A stretch of 64,000 bases of DNA from Calditrichia bacterium (lineage in GTDB: Bacteria > Calditrichota > Calditrichia > JAJRVZ01). Below, piece by piece: positions 9,675 to 20,352 of this stretch. A program made the position numbers and the translations under genes. The DNA is taken from positions 288,001 to 352,000 of the forward strand of contig CAVZSQ010000019.1 of the NCBI GenBank assembly GCA_963777955.1. Reading direction: 5' to 3'. Within the stretch, counting starts at the first letter, position 1; every line of letters starts with the position of its first letter. A model generated the notes under the pieces. That model had not been told where the DNA came from, ran no database searches, and worked only from the letters and a program-made list of their open reading frames with translations.

Positions 9675-10736
9675 CTAATTGCTGGTAGATGACCCGGCTT
9701 CAGCCTGAACCTGGTGCAGTAATTTCCGGACCTGATCTATTTTATCAAATTTATCTTGGTCAGAATAGTTATTATACAATTCAATAATATTCACACATTG
9801 TTGCTGGCAGCGGGTATTATCATTCAGGGCCCGGTAGATTATGGCCAGTTTATATTTGCAATTAAGCAGGTGATTGAGGTTGCGCTGCGGGTCATCCTGG
9901 ATCAATTCAGCCAGAAAAAGGTATTCTTGCTCTGCCAAGGTGTACTCATTACTTTTATAATAAGCATGGGCCAGAGCCCAGCGCATGAACTGGCTGCGGG
10001 GATAATCCGCCACCAATTGCCGGCCATAAACGATTGCCTGGTCATTCCAACCATAATCCAGCAGTATGTAAACCAGTTGATGTTTAGCCAGATCGCGGCT
10101 TAAACAATCTGAGTCGGCCGTCTTTTTAATCAAGCGGATTCCCTGCTCCCGGTCATCGGGAAAGAAAGGCAGCCAGGAAATAAAACTTAATTTGCTTCTG
10201 CGCCAGTATTTATAAGTACCGATCCCCAGGTAAGCATCATACATGGTCGTGTCGGCATTAACAGCCTCCTGTAAATAATCCGTTGCTTTCAAACCGTTCG
10301 ACAATGCAGCGAACCATTTTCCATTTCTACCCTGATTATAAGCACGGTACCCGTAGGCACTGCCCAGGTAAAATCTGTACTGGCTCAATCCCACCGTATC
10401 AGGCAGGTTTTCAAAACGCATCTTTTGCTGGATTATTTTTATGGTCCTGTCGATGGCCTGATCAAATTGATCTTGCCCGTCCTGATTTTCAAAGTGGACC
10501 ATACGCGAATTTAAGGCAGCTGCCAGGTAAAAGTGAGCACGATAATCCTGCGGCCGCTGGTTAATTTCATGCCGGTACAGTTTTAAGGCTTGTTCAAAAT
10601 CGGTATTAATGATATAAGTAATACCGGTTTTAATCCATTCCTGGGCCGGCACTGAAGATAAAAGACCAAAGATTAAAGAAAAAAGAAACAATCTAAATTT
10701 TCCGTACCGGTAAGCTGAAAGAGTATTTATTTGCAT
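9675..10736 (-). CDS. Secreted tetratricopeptide-repeat protein
   Basis: Signal-peptide-like N-terminus and TPR-like helices (YRAHFYLA, YDAYLGIGTY, WALAHAYY). Confidence 0.65.
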   Translation of the reverse strand: MQINTLSAYRYGKFRLFLFSLIFGLLSSVPAQEWIKTGITYIINTDFEQALKLYRHEINQRPQDYRAHFYLAAALNSRMVHFENQDGQDQFDQAIDRTIKIIQQKMRFENLPDTVGLSQYRFYLGSAYGYRAYNQGRNGKWFAALSNGLKATDYLQEAVNADTTMYDAYLGIGTYKYWRRSKLSFISWLPFFPDDREQGIRLIKKTADSDCLSRDLAKHQLVYILLDYGWNDQAIVYGRQLVADYPRSQFMRWALAHAYYKSNEYTLAEQEYLFLAELIQDDPQRNLNHLLNCKYKLAIIYRALNDNTRCQQQCVNIIELYNNYSDQDKFDKIDQVRKLLHQVQAEAGSSTSN

Positions 10737-10898
10737 GTTTAGAGAAATGCCTCTTTAAAAAGAATAAATCTGTGCATGTTTTTTTCAGGTTAGTTTAAAG
10801 AAAGCGGTTTTTAAATGCAAGTCAAAAGCAGGAGGTGAATTGCTGCCGGCCGGAGCTGGAATTAATGGATCGAAAGGGCTTGCGGGTTCTAAATCCGC

Positions 10899-11915
10899 CT
10901 AGCGTTTCATTAAAATACGTTTATAAAAATGGAAGTCATTCAATATTTTTTTAGTACCTTCTGCAACCGTATACAGGGCATTGTCAGCCACATGAACCGG
11001 TAACATGGTGCGGGTGCTGATCAGTTCATCCAATCCTCTCAATAAGGATCCTCCGCCGGTCAGGATGATGCCCCGCTCCAGGATATCATTTAACAAATCC
11101 AACGGCAACTTTTCGATCGTATTAACCACCGCTGAAATCATAATTTCAACTATATCCTTGAGAGCTTCGATAAAGATACTGTTGCTGACTATCAGTTGCC
11201 GCGGCAGACCGCTAGCCACATCCAGGCCTTTGACCACCACGGTTTTACTATTATATTTTTCCAGGACTGTTCCATATTCGATCTTAAGTCGTTCAGCCGT
11301 CGATTCACCGATGCGCATATGAAATTTTGACTTGAAATAGCGGACAATAGCTTCATTCATTTCGTCACCGGCGATCCGTATCGTACTATCGACTACGATT
11401 CCCCCGTAGGCAATCACTGCGATGTCGGTCGTACCACCGCCAATATCAACGATCATGTGCCCCTGCTTGCCCATGACATTGAGTCCCACTCCCACTGCTG
11501 CTGCCATGGGTTCGGCGATTAAAAATACTTCTCTTGCTCCAGCCCTTTCTCCGGATTCAATTACAGCAATTTTTTCGACTGCGGTAATGCCGGTAGGTAC
11601 ACCCATGATTACCTTGCCGATCATATAGCGGGGCACCGCTGCACTGCGGATAAATGCCTTGACCATTTCCTCACCTGCTAAAAAATCGGCAATCACTCCA
11701 TCGGCCAGAGGTCGTATTACCCTGATCAGTTCGCCTGTTTTGCCCAGCATTTCTTTAGCTCGGGTGCCATAGGCGATGACATCTGAGTGCTTATTGAAAG
11801 CAATAAACGAGGGCTGATCGACCACATACCCTTTCTTATCATCATAGATGACCGTATTGGCGGTACCCAGATCGATGCCGAGATTGTTAAAAATATGATT
11901 GAAAATATTATACAT
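10899..11915 (-). CDS. mreB: MreB-family actin-like ATPase (stand-alone)
   Basis: GIDLGTANT, RPLADGVIAD, EPMAAA, VDIGGGTTD, AGDEMNEAI, LTGGGSLL. Probable start at ATG 11915. Confidence 0.85.
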   Translation of the reverse strand: MYNIFNHIFNNLGIDLGTANTVIYDDKKGYVVDQPSFIAFNKHSDVIAYGTRAKEMLGKTGELIRVIRPLADGVIADFLAGEEMVKAFIRSAAVPRYMIGKVIMGVPTGITAVEKIAVIESGERAGAREVFLIAEPMAAAVGVGLNVMGKQGHMIVDIGGGTTDIAVIAYGGIVVDSTIRIAGDEMNEAIVRYFKSKFHMRIGESTAERLKIEYGTVLEKYNSKTVVVKGLDVASGLPRQLIVSNSIFIEALKDIVEIMISAVVNTIEKLPLDLLNDILERGIILTGGGSLLRGLDELISTRTMLPVHVADNALYTVAEGTKKILNDFHFYKRILMKR

Positions 11916-12026
11916 CCCTTTTTCCCGCTTACCACCCGGAGTTTTGATCTCCGGGTATTCCTCTTCATCCATTATCGGCATATTAATGAAAAGTTCAATT
12001 ATTTTTTTAAAATAGGTCTTCGAGGT

Positions 12027-12068
12027 AAAAAAAAAGGGTGACCGGATAGCTGGATCCAATCACCCTTT
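12027..12068 (-). terminator. Rho-independent terminator after rpsA
   Basis: AGGGTGA...TCACCCT stem followed on the minus strand by a 9-nt U tract. Confidence 0.65.
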
Positions 12069-12085
12069 AATCTGGTTGCCGGAAC

Positions 12086-14136
12086 CTATTCTGCTGTCTT
12101 TTCTTCCGTTTTTTCTTCGCTTGCTTCCGCTGCTTCCTTGGAATCTTTTTCTTTCTCTTTGGCAGTTTCTTTTTTAGCGGCACGTTTGGCGGTTGTTTTG
12201 CCTTCGGCTTTTTCCTTTTTCTCTTTAGCAGTAGTGGTGGTTTTGGTTTTGGCTTTAGGCTTTTCTGTTTCGGCAGGTTCGGCCACAGCAACAGTTGCAG
12301 CAACTTCCTGTTTCGGTTCCTCTTTTAATAATTCTTCAATATTCGTTTTCTCTACCCCCTGCTTGCTGAGGTAGTCCTCTAATTCCTGCTGTTCCTTATC
12401 CTTGAAATAATTTATAACCGACAGGACTATCTTTTTGTTCTCTTTATCAAATTCGATGACCTTGGCCGGTACTTCATCGCCAACTTTATAATATTCAATA
12501 GCTTTTTAAGCTGGTCTTGTCCTCCCAGATGCGTACTCGGAATAAAACCATCCACTCCGAGCGGCAGGGTCACGATCACTCCCTTATCGATTATCCGTGA
12601 AACGACACCGCTGGTTTCGGTATCAATTTTATATTTCTCCTGAAAGGTATCCCAGGGGTTTTCCTCTACCTGTTTATGACCCAGAGCGATGCGTCGTTCT
12701 TCCCGGTTGATACCCAGAACTATTACATCGATCTCATCCCCTTTTTTAACCACTTCGCTGGGATGGCGGATTTTTTTGGTCCAGGAAAGATCGGAAATAT
12801 GCACCAGCCCATCAATACCTTCTTCCAATTCGACGAATGCACCGAATTGCGTCAGGTTGCGGACGATGCCTTTATGTTTGGAATTGATCGGAAATTTACC
12901 TTCGACTTGATCCCAGGGATCCGGTTCAAGTTGCTTCAAACCGAGGGAAATTTTTTTATCGGTCGTTTCAATATTCAGGATCTTCGCTTCCACTTCCTGT
13001 CCCACATGCAGCAACTGGCTGGGATGCTTGATATGTTGCGACCAGGACATCTCGGAGATATGGATCAGACCTTCGATACCATTTTCCAATTCAATAAATG
13101 CACCATAATCGGTAATACTTACTACCTTGCCGGTAATCACCTTTCCCACCGGGTATTTTTTCTCGATATTTTCCCAGGGGTGAGGCAGCAATTGTTTACG
13201 GCCAAGTGAAATTCGGTCTTTATGTTCGTTAAAATCAAGAATCACCACATCTATTTCTTGATCCAGTTTCACAATTTCCGATGGGTGGCTGACCCGGCCC
13301 CAGCTGAGATCGGTGATATGCAGCAGTCCGTCTACTCCGCCCAGATCGATGAATACTCCAAAATCGGTGATATTTTTCACCATGCCCTTGCGTACCTGGC
13401 CCTTTTCGATGGTTTTAATAATGTCAGAGCGGTGACTTTCCATCTTCTTTTCGATCAATATACGGGATGATACGACGATATTACGTCGGGCATGATTTAC
13501 TTTAACGATCTTGAATTCCAGTTCCTTGCCCAGATATTCATCAAAATCGCGGATGGGTTTTACATCTATCTGCGAACCGGGCAGGAAAGCATCTACTCCA
13601 TTCAGATTAACTACCATACCACCTTTAATACGACGGGTAATGGTACCGCTGATGCTTTCATCTTTCTCATACTTTTCCACGACCTTTTCCCATACCCGGA
13701 TAAAATCAGCCCGCTTGCGGGAAAGTATCAATTGTCCGTTGGGATCCTCCAGATTTTCCAGAAAAACCTCAATCTGATCACCCACTTTAAGGTCTTTAAC
13801 ATTATCAAATTCGGCAATGGGCAGAACCCCTTCAGATTTGAAGCCTATATCGACTATAACTTCATTATCGGTAATGCCGAGCACCCTGCCCTTTACAATA
13901 TCCCCTTGTGTGATGGTATGCAAAGTCCGGTTGTACATCTGGGTCAGCATACTCAATTCTTCTGCGGAATAACCCAGTTCCTTGCCAATTTCCTCGGTGG
14001 TTGTCATCCCACCTGCTGTACTTGCATTACCCGGATTTGCTGCCGGTGCTTGAGTACTTCCCTCCCGGCCTTCCGGCCAGCTTTTTTCCTTTAACATGTT
14101 TGAATCGTTCATCTGTCCTTTTTGTTCATCAGCCAT
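12086..14136 (-). CDS. rpsA: 30S ribosomal protein S1 (frameshift near 12505)
   Basis: Repeated S1 domains (FGVFIDLGG.DGLLHITDLSW). After ...GQDQLK the reading continues in another frame as AIEYYKVGDEVPAKVIEFDKENKKIVLS... to the stop at 12086. The break is at an A5 run; AGGAGG RBS. Confidence 0.95.
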
Positions 14137-14330
14137 TTAAAATAGTACCTCCTGACTACCTACAGAATTATAAATCCGCATGCGGATCTTCTATCAGTAT
14201 AAGCCGGTTAATTTAAGACAATTATATTTTGCCCACAACATTTTTCATGGATATTTCAACAAACAGGATCCTTAATTAGAAACCGAGGATATTTGCTTGC
14301 TCAGGATCAGTTTATCAGCAGGGGGTGAAA

Positions 14331-15035
14331 TCAGGTTGAAGAATCCCTGTCACATCTTTGCCTGTCCCTGACTAACTCCAGCACTTTTTCCACCTGCTGG
14401 TCGATGGATAAAGAGGAGGTATCGATGACCAGAGCATCGCCGGCCTTTTTTAGCGGTGCAATCTCACGTGAAGAGTCCAGGCGATCACGTTGTTTAATTT
14501 CTTTTTCGATGTCCCGCAAATCTGCTTTTATTCCCCGCCCGTGTAATTCTTTATGACGCCGTTGGGCCCTGTTTTTAAGATCGGCCTGCATGAAGATCTT
14601 GATTTCAGCATCCGGTAAGACCACCGTGCCAATATCCCGTCCATCCATGACTATGCCGCCTGCGGCAGCCAGCCGGCGTTGTTTTTCTACCATTATGCTA
14701 CGCACCCCCCGGTAAGCCGATATTTTGCTGATCAGTTCATCTACCTGAGGATGCCGGATTTCCGCCGTTACATCCCTGCCATCGATCAATGTCCGCAGTT
14801 TGTCGGGCAGATAGTCAAATTTAATATCCAGGCGCCGGGCCAGGGTTACAACCTGTTCTTCGTCATCACTATCCACATTTTCGAGTATGATATAATAAGT
14901 CAGAGCCCGGTACATTGCACCGCTATCAATATAGGTATAACCCAATCTGCGGGCTACTCTTTGAGCGGTTGTACTTTTTCCTGATGCAGCTGGTCCATCA
15001 ATGGCGATTTTATATTTTTTTTCTGCCGGTATCAT
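14331..15035 (-). CDS. cmk: Cytidylate kinase
   Basis: IAIDGPAASGKST, DSGAMYRA, MDGRDIGTVV. ATGA overlap with rluB gives a start at 15035. Confidence 0.95.
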   Translation of the reverse strand: MIPAEKKYKIAIDGPAASGKSTTAQRVARRLGYTYIDSGAMYRALTYYIILENVDSDDEEQVVTLARRLDIKFDYLPDKLRTLIDGRDVTAEIRHPQVDELISKISAYRGVRSIMVEKQRRLAAAGGIVMDGRDIGTVVLPDAEIKIFMQADLKNRAQRRHKELHGRGIKADLRDIEKEIKQRDRLDSSREIAPLKKAGDALVIDTSSLSIDQQVEKVLELVRDRQRCDRDSST

Positions 15036-15757
15036 TCTATGGGGGTGGCAATATATTTTTTCAACATGGTAATTTCTCTCTTGGTCAGATATCTCCATTC
15101 GCCCCGCCGTAAACCGGACAGGATTAAAGGTCCGAACGCAATCCTTTCCAGGCGCCGGACACGGTATCCCAGCAATTCAAACATTCTCCTGATCTGACGG
15201 TTACGGCCTTCATGGAGTTCCACTTCAACAAAACTGGCGTTATCAATAACCCGGATTTCCTGTAACTTACACGGTGCTGTTTTTTGACCATCCAGTTCTA
15301 TTCCATGTTCAAAAGCATATTTGGAAACAGGTTTTAGTTTTTTATCCAGCATCACATGATATTTTTTAGGAATTTTATAGCGGGGATGAATCAGGGCATT
15401 AGTCAGCATACCGTCATTGGTTACCAGCAGCAGCCCGCTGGTATCCGAATCCAGGCGTCCCACCGGATAGATGCGCTTTTTTGAGGGGATCAAGTCCATT
15501 ACGGTTTTACGTTCATACTCATCCCGGGCGGTAGTCATGACCCCTTTCGGCTTATTTAAGATAATATAAATGTACTGCTCCGGCAGTGAAACAGGCTTGT
15601 CTTTGAATTCTACCCGGTCCTTATTTTCATCAATACGCACACCCACCTGGTCAATGATTTCACCATTCACCTTGATCATTCTGGCCATGATCAGATCGTC
15701 ACATCTGCGCCGCGAATCGATCCCGGCCAGCGACAGATATTTATTCAGCCTCATCAT
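15032..15757 (-). CDS. rluB: rRNA pseudouridine synthase (RsuA/RluB family)
   Basis: S4 domain RLNKYL..SRR, GRLDSDTSGLLL, EGRNRQIRRM; located after scpB. Confidence 0.85.
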   Translation of the reverse strand: MMRLNKYLSLAGIDSRRRCDDLIMARMIKVNGEIIDQVGVRIDENKDRVEFKDKPVSLPEQYIYIILNKPKGVMTTARDEYERKTVMDLIPSKKRIYPVGRLDSDTSGLLLVTNDGMLTNALIHPRYKIPKKYHVMLDKKLKPVSKYAFEHGIELDGQKTAPCKLQEIRVIDNASFVEVELHEGRNRQIRRMFELLGYRVRRLERIAFGPLILSGLRRGEWRYLTKREITMLKKYIATPIE

Positions 15758-15777
15758 CGGCAGTTTCTTCTTCCTGG

Positions 15778-16626
15778 TCAGCGGGCAGTCTCTTGCTGCT
15801 TTTTATCGGTTTGATCCTGTAGCGGGGATTCTTCTGAATTATCTACAGGTTCTGCTGCAGATTCTTCAACCTGTCCGGCTGACTCTTCAGCAGGTTGAAT
15901 TTTTTCCTGCTGTTCTTCCTGACTTGCCGTACCGTCCGGGCGAGCCTGTTCAAAAACGATTAATGGAATCTGTTTCCCGGCCTGTACGTCGGGCGTACCT
16001 GCCTCCCCGTTCAATTCTTCAGGATTTTTAAGTCCCAATGATTCCGGAGCAAGTTGATGCACGGCAACCTGATCGAGACTTTCCAGAAATTTATCATCGG
16101 CCTTCAGTAATTCGTCTATTTCCTTCAACTTGGGCAGAGCCTCCAGCGAATTCAAAGCAAAGTATTCCAGAAAGTACCTGGTGGTACCGTACAGTAGTGG
16201 ACTGCCCGGTGCTTTTTGCCTTCCTTCGATGGTGATCAAATTTCGTTCCAGCAGCGTTTTCATGACCGCATCGACATTTACACCGCGTATCGATTCAATC
16301 TCCTGTTTGGTTATCGGTTGCTTGTAGGCCACAATGGATAATGTTTCCAGAGCTCGCTGGGTCAGACGGGCTGCAGATCTGCCCTTATACAATTTTTGCA
16401 GGAAGGGAGCATATTCTTCGCGGGTGACCATCAGATAACCGCCGGCGATCTCGATGATTTTTAAGGCATTACCCCCTGACTCGTATTGCTGGTTCAGATA
16501 ATTGACAGCCTCCCGGATTTCTTTGATACCGGTACCGGAAATCAATTCTTTGCATTTCTGCTGAGTTAAGGGGGTGTCACTGGCAAATAACATGGCTTCT
16601 AAAATTCGATGTAAATTGTCACGCAT
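15778..16626 (-). CDS. scpB: SMC-Scp complex subunit ScpB with acidic tail
   Basis: LEAMLFAS, ALETLSIVAYKQPITK.EIESIRGV, YGTTRYFL. Confidence 0.93.
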   Translation of the reverse strand: MRDNLHRILEAMLFASDTPLTQQKCKELISGTGIKEIREAVNYLNQQYESGGNALKIIEIAGGYLMVTREEYAPFLQKLYKGRSAARLTQRALETLSIVAYKQPITKQEIESIRGVNVDAVMKTLLERNLITIEGRQKAPGSPLLYGTTRYFLEYFALNSLEALPKLKEIDELLKADDKFLESLDQVAVHQLAPESLGLKNPEELNGEAGTPDVQAGKQIPLIVFEQARPDGTASQEEQQEKIQPAEESAGQVEESAAEPVDNSEESPLQDQTDKKQQETAR

Positions 16627-16671
16627 CTTGTTTATTCACTCAACTGTAAAATTATTCGGATAAAGCTCCAC

Positions 16672-17394
16672 TTATTCATTTCTTAATTGAATTCTGATAT
16701 CCTCAAATAATTCAGACTGACTGACCAGAATCCTTCTGGCTTTGATCATTTCCAGCAGGGCCACGAAGGTTACAATCACGAAAATTCTTTCTTTGAAATC
16801 CCTGACCAGTTCACTGAATAGCATCATGGTTTTTTGCTGTAACTGCTGCAGTATAAACCCGGTTTGTTGTTCAATAGTTACTTCAATACGCCGAACTTCA
16901 TGGTAGGTTACTTTCGGCATATTATCCAGCGCTTTTTTAAAAGCTAACAATAAATCAAATAAAGATACATCCTGTAAAAATTCTTCTGTAGAAACTTCTT
17001 CCTTGCCAACCGGGGCTGGCAAGTACGGACGATTGAACAGCAAGCGCCTTTTATCTTCCAGGTCGCCCATTTCAGTGGCAGCCAGTTTGAAACGCTGGTA
17101 TTCGATTAACCGTTGCACCAGTTCGGTACGTGGATCTTCAATTTCATCTTCGCTGATCCCGACCGGCAGCGGTAATAACAGGCGAGCCTTGATATTCATT
17201 AAGATGGCTACCATCTCGATGAATTCACCCGCAATTTCCAAATCCAGTAATTTGATCAACTCCACATATTCCAGGAATTGCTCGGTGATCTCATGGATAG
17301 GGATATCATAGATATCCACTTCATTCTTTTTAATTAAGAAGAGCAGCAGATCGAAGGGACCTTCAAAAATGTCAAGTTTGATACGATAGGTCAT
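16672..17394 (-). CDS. scpA: Segregation/condensation protein ScpA
   Basis: FEGPFDLLLFLI, KARLLLP, EDPRTELV.RL.EY, TFVALLE. Confidence 0.95.
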   Translation of the reverse strand: MTYRIKLDIFEGPFDLLLFLIKKNEVDIYDIPIHEITEQFLEYVELIKLLDLEIAGEFIEMVAILMNIKARLLLPLPVGISEDEIEDPRTELVQRLIEYQRFKLAATEMGDLEDKRRLLFNRPYLPAPVGKEEVSTEEFLQDVSLFDLLLAFKKALDNMPKVTYHEVRRIEVTIEQQTGFILQQLQQKTMMLFSELVRDFKERIFVIVTFVALLEMIKARRILVSQSELFEDIRIQLRNE

Positions 17395-17395
17395 T

Positions 17396-18373
17396 TCAGC
17401 CCATTTTCATAGCCTGGTGTACTTCAGCCATGGTCTGTTGTGCCACCCGCCGTGCTTTTTGGATCCCGGCCGCGATGATATCCTCGACCTCTTCCCGATG
17501 GTTTTCATAATAAGCCCTTTTTTCGCGGTGCGCAGCAAAAAAAAGCCCCAATTTTTTGGCACAATTCTTTTTGCATTCCACGCACCCCAGGGCGCCGCTG
17601 ATACAATCCTGCCGTATCTGCGGTTCCTCCAGTGCATTGAATTTCCGGTGATACCAGTAGACATTACAAATATCGGGATGCCCCGGATCATTCCGCCGCA
17701 CTTTTTGCGGATCGGTAATGGCATTCCGTACCTTGTTATAAATCTCCTGCTCCCCTTCGGACATTAAAATATAATTATCGTTGGATTTTCCCATTTTACG
17801 GCCATCAAGACCGGGCAGACGCGGAAAAGTCGTCAGTTTGGCCTCAGGTTCGACAAAAACTTCGGCATAAGTCGAATTGAACTTGCGGGCAATTTCCCTG
17901 GTTATTTCCACATGCGGCACCTGATCTTCGCCCACCGGTACCAGGTTGGCTTTATACATCAGGATATCAGCAGCCTGTAACACCGGATAACCCAGATGTC
18001 CATAGGAAATATTCTCAGCATTAAGATCCCGCACCTGTTCCTTAAGAGTAGGATTACGCTCCAGACGGGCCGTGGTGATCAGCATGGAAAAAATCAAGTG
18101 TAATTCTGCATGCTCCTTAATCTGTGATTGGATGAATATCGGGTTTTCCGGCCGGAGGCCCGCACTTAACCAGTCAATAATCATCTCCCGGGTACTCTCC
18201 TGAATCCCAAAGGCAGCCTGAACATCAGTGGTCAGAACATGCCAATCAGCCACAAAGAAATAATTTTCATACTCGTTCTGTAATTTTAACCAGTTTTCCA
18301 GTGCTCCGGCATAATTACCCAGATGTAATTTACCGGAAGGACGCATACCGCTCAGGATTCTTTTAGATGGCAT
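17396..18373 (-). CDS. trpS: Tryptophan--tRNA ligase
   Basis: SGMRPSGKLHLGN (HIGH), YPVLQAADIL, VPVGEDQ, KMGKS (KMSKS). Confidence 0.97.
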   Translation of the reverse strand: MPSKRILSGMRPSGKLHLGNYAGALENWLKLQNEYENYFFVADWHVLTTDVQAAFGIQESTREMIIDWLSAGLRPENPIFIQSQIKEHAELHLIFSMLITTARLERNPTLKEQVRDLNAENISYGHLGYPVLQAADILMYKANLVPVGEDQVPHVEITREIARKFNSTYAEVFVEPEAKLTTFPRLPGLDGRKMGKSNDNYILMSEGEQEIYNKVRNAITDPQKVRRNDPGHPDICNVYWYHRKFNALEEPQIRQDCISGALGCVECKKNCAKKLGLFFAAHREKRAYYENHREEVEDIIAAGIQKARRVAQQTMAEVHQAMKMG

Positions 18374-18434
18374 GGGGATTTATTTCCTTTCAATCTCGCT
18401 GTCTTGCTGTCTCATTTATCACTACCGATCACTC

Positions 18435-18944
18435 TCAATGCAGGAACAGATAAGGCCGCCAGGAATCCTGGGGTTTTTCGATAAAGAACTGCAGGAAAAA
18501 CAAATAACTGGGTTTACCCGGTTTTTTCATCAACTGCAGATCAGCCTGTTCGGGAGTACGGTTGCCTTTACTATTGTTACAGCGTATACAGGCGCACACC
18601 AGATTCTCCCATACATGCTTACCGCCAAGATGTCTGGGAATAATATGGTCAACGGTTAACGGTGCCGTCTTTTTACCGCAATACTGACAGGTGTGATGAT
18701 CACGGCGCAGCACATTTTTTCTACTTAGCACGACAGGAGTAAACGGACGGTAGATATAAATCTGCAGGCGGACCACGCTGGGGAATGGAATCGAATATCG
18801 GACCGATTTCACTTCGCTTTCTAAGCGCTCGACAATTTCCGCTTTACCAAGATAGACCAGTACGATGGCCTTTCTGGCGTTGCAAATCGAAACCGGTTCA
18901 TAATTCTGATTTAGAACCAGCACGTTTCTGTTGAGACTATTCAT
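18435..18944 (-). CDS. HNH endonuclease-family protein
   Basis: VLVLNQNYEP, RD..TCQYCG, TVDHIIP, WENLVCACIRCNNSKG. Confidence 0.85.
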   Translation of the reverse strand: MNSLNRNVLVLNQNYEPVSICNARKAIVLVYLGKAEIVERLESEVKSVRYSIPFPSVVRLQIYIYRPFTPVVLSRKNVLRRDHHTCQYCGKKTAPLTVDHIIPRHLGGKHVWENLVCACIRCNNSKGNRTPEQADLQLMKKPGKPSYLFFLQFFIEKPQDSWRPYLFLH

Positions 18945-18949
18945 CGCTT

Positions 18950-19762
18950 TTACCTGAAACAGGTCCGGACTTCAACAAACGTATCTGCCAAATCCTGCCT
19001 GAATTCTGCGGCTCCTTCATATAAACTGTTAACACCCACCATTCCTCTGGCATGGATGATTTTTCCATCACCCAGAGCGATCCCGACATGCGAAATTTTT
19101 CCCGGCTGTTCGGCAAAAAAACAGAGATCACCGATTTCAGCCCGCTGCGGATCACTGCTTAGCGGAGTTGCCTCACGGTACTGCATCCAGGCATCACGGG
19201 GTAATTTTATATTCAGCAAGGCAAAAACCGTTTGCACAAATCCTGAACAATCAAAACCTTTTGGCGAGCGTCCGCCCCAGTGATAGGGATAGCCATAAAA
19301 CTCAAAAGCCAGTTCCCCGATCGCGGCTCGCGAGAAGGCCGGAAACGGTCCACAGTCCCGCTGCGCGGCATAACCTGTCTTTCCATCCGGCAATAATACC
19401 CGGAACCATTCCTGCTCTTCGTCCAGAATATTCAGCCGCGTGCCGATCACTGCATCCCGCACCGGTCGCGATAGAAAATCGGGCTTTTCGAATATCCGTA
19501 TAAAATGCGCCCGAACCCGCGCACAAACCTGTTTAATATTCTGTATCCCTGCGCTGGATTTTACCCACTGATAATCGCTGATCCATCCTTCATAACCATC
19601 TTCTAAAACAATCTTTGAAAAATTTCTATCGCTCTTTACTATCGTGCATTTCTCGCCCAGCAGTGCCTGCGATACTACCTCACTGCGGTACTGCGGTTGC
19701 AAATACAGATTCGCTACGCTGACATTGATCTGGCCGTACTGCATCCTGCCTTGATCATTCAT
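18950..19762 (-). CDS. SH3-NlpC/P60 (C40) peptidase, YkfC-like
   Basis: Two SH3b-like segments plus PYHWGG, GFDCSG, LPRDA and SHVGI. Confidence 0.85.
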   Translation of the reverse strand: MNDQGRMQYGQINVSVANLYLQPQYRSEVVSQALLGEKCTIVKSDRNFSKIVLEDGYEGWISDYQWVKSSAGIQNIKQVCARVRAHFIRIFEKPDFLSRPVRDAVIGTRLNILDEEQEWFRVLLPDGKTGYAAQRDCGPFPAFSRAAIGELAFEFYGYPYHWGGRSPKGFDCSGFVQTVFALLNIKLPRDAWMQYREATPLSSDPQRAEIGDLCFFAEQPGKISHVGIALGDGKIIHARGMVGVNSLYEGAAEFRQDLADTFVEVRTCFR

Positions 19763-19910
19763 GTTATTATTAAATAAATAATTTATACTTAATATTTACA
19801 GTAGTCAAGGTTTTCGGTTTCGTTAAAAAATAAAATCCGATTTTGTTCTTGACTGCTAATTGTTTAATTTACGAAAACTTTATCTTAAATTACTAATATG
19901 GAGATGGCTC

Positions 19911-20339
19911 ATGCTCTTCTCCCGTGAGAGCGAATATGCGATCCAGACACTGCTGCATCTGGCCGGACAGTCTAAAGATTCTTATACCTATATCCGCAAG
20001 ATCGCGGCAGATTTGAATATTCCGTTCTTCTATCTGAGTAAAATTTTAAATAAACTGGTAAAGGCGGGGATTTTAACCTCGTTGCGCGGGATGAAAGGGG
20101 GCATCAAATTTGCCAGGAATCCCGCCGAGATCTCCATTTATGATATCATTATCACTATAGATGGTGAAGACATTTTTAGTCAATGTGTACTGGGATTACC
20201 GACCTGCAGCAGCGATCACCCCTGCGCAGTCCACACGGAATGGGGTGTCCTGCGTGAACAGATTGCCCTGCTCTTCAGGAATAAATCATTGATCGAATTC
20301 TCCAAGTTTCACCTGAAACCCATCAACTCTGAAAAATGA
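19911..20339 (+). CDS. Rrf2-family transcriptional regulator (three Cys)
   Basis: YLSKILNKL, SLRGMKGG, CVLGLPTCSSDHPCAVH; GGAG RBS before ATG 19911. Confidence 0.9.
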   Translation: MLFSRESEYAIQTLLHLAGQSKDSYTYIRKIAADLNIPFFYLSKILNKLVKAGILTSLRGMKGGIKFARNPAEISIYDIIITIDGEDIFSQCVLGLPTCSSDHPCAVHTEWGVLREQIALLFRNKSLIEFSKFHLKPINSEK

Positions 20340-20352
20340 CCTGGAAAAAACT

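Noticed and set aside
12067..12303. Small basic ORFs as separate histone-like genes
   Set aside because: They are the frameshifted rpsA C-terminus and an alternative frame of it.
14165..14200. ATCCGCATGCGGAT palindrome in the rpsA leader
   Set aside because: It could be part of an S1 autoregulatory structure, but a single short palindrome is not enough support.
18435..18944. HNH endonuclease as a defence or mobile element
   Set aside because: It belongs to a widespread stand-alone type inside a housekeeping string, with no methylase, repeats or intron features.
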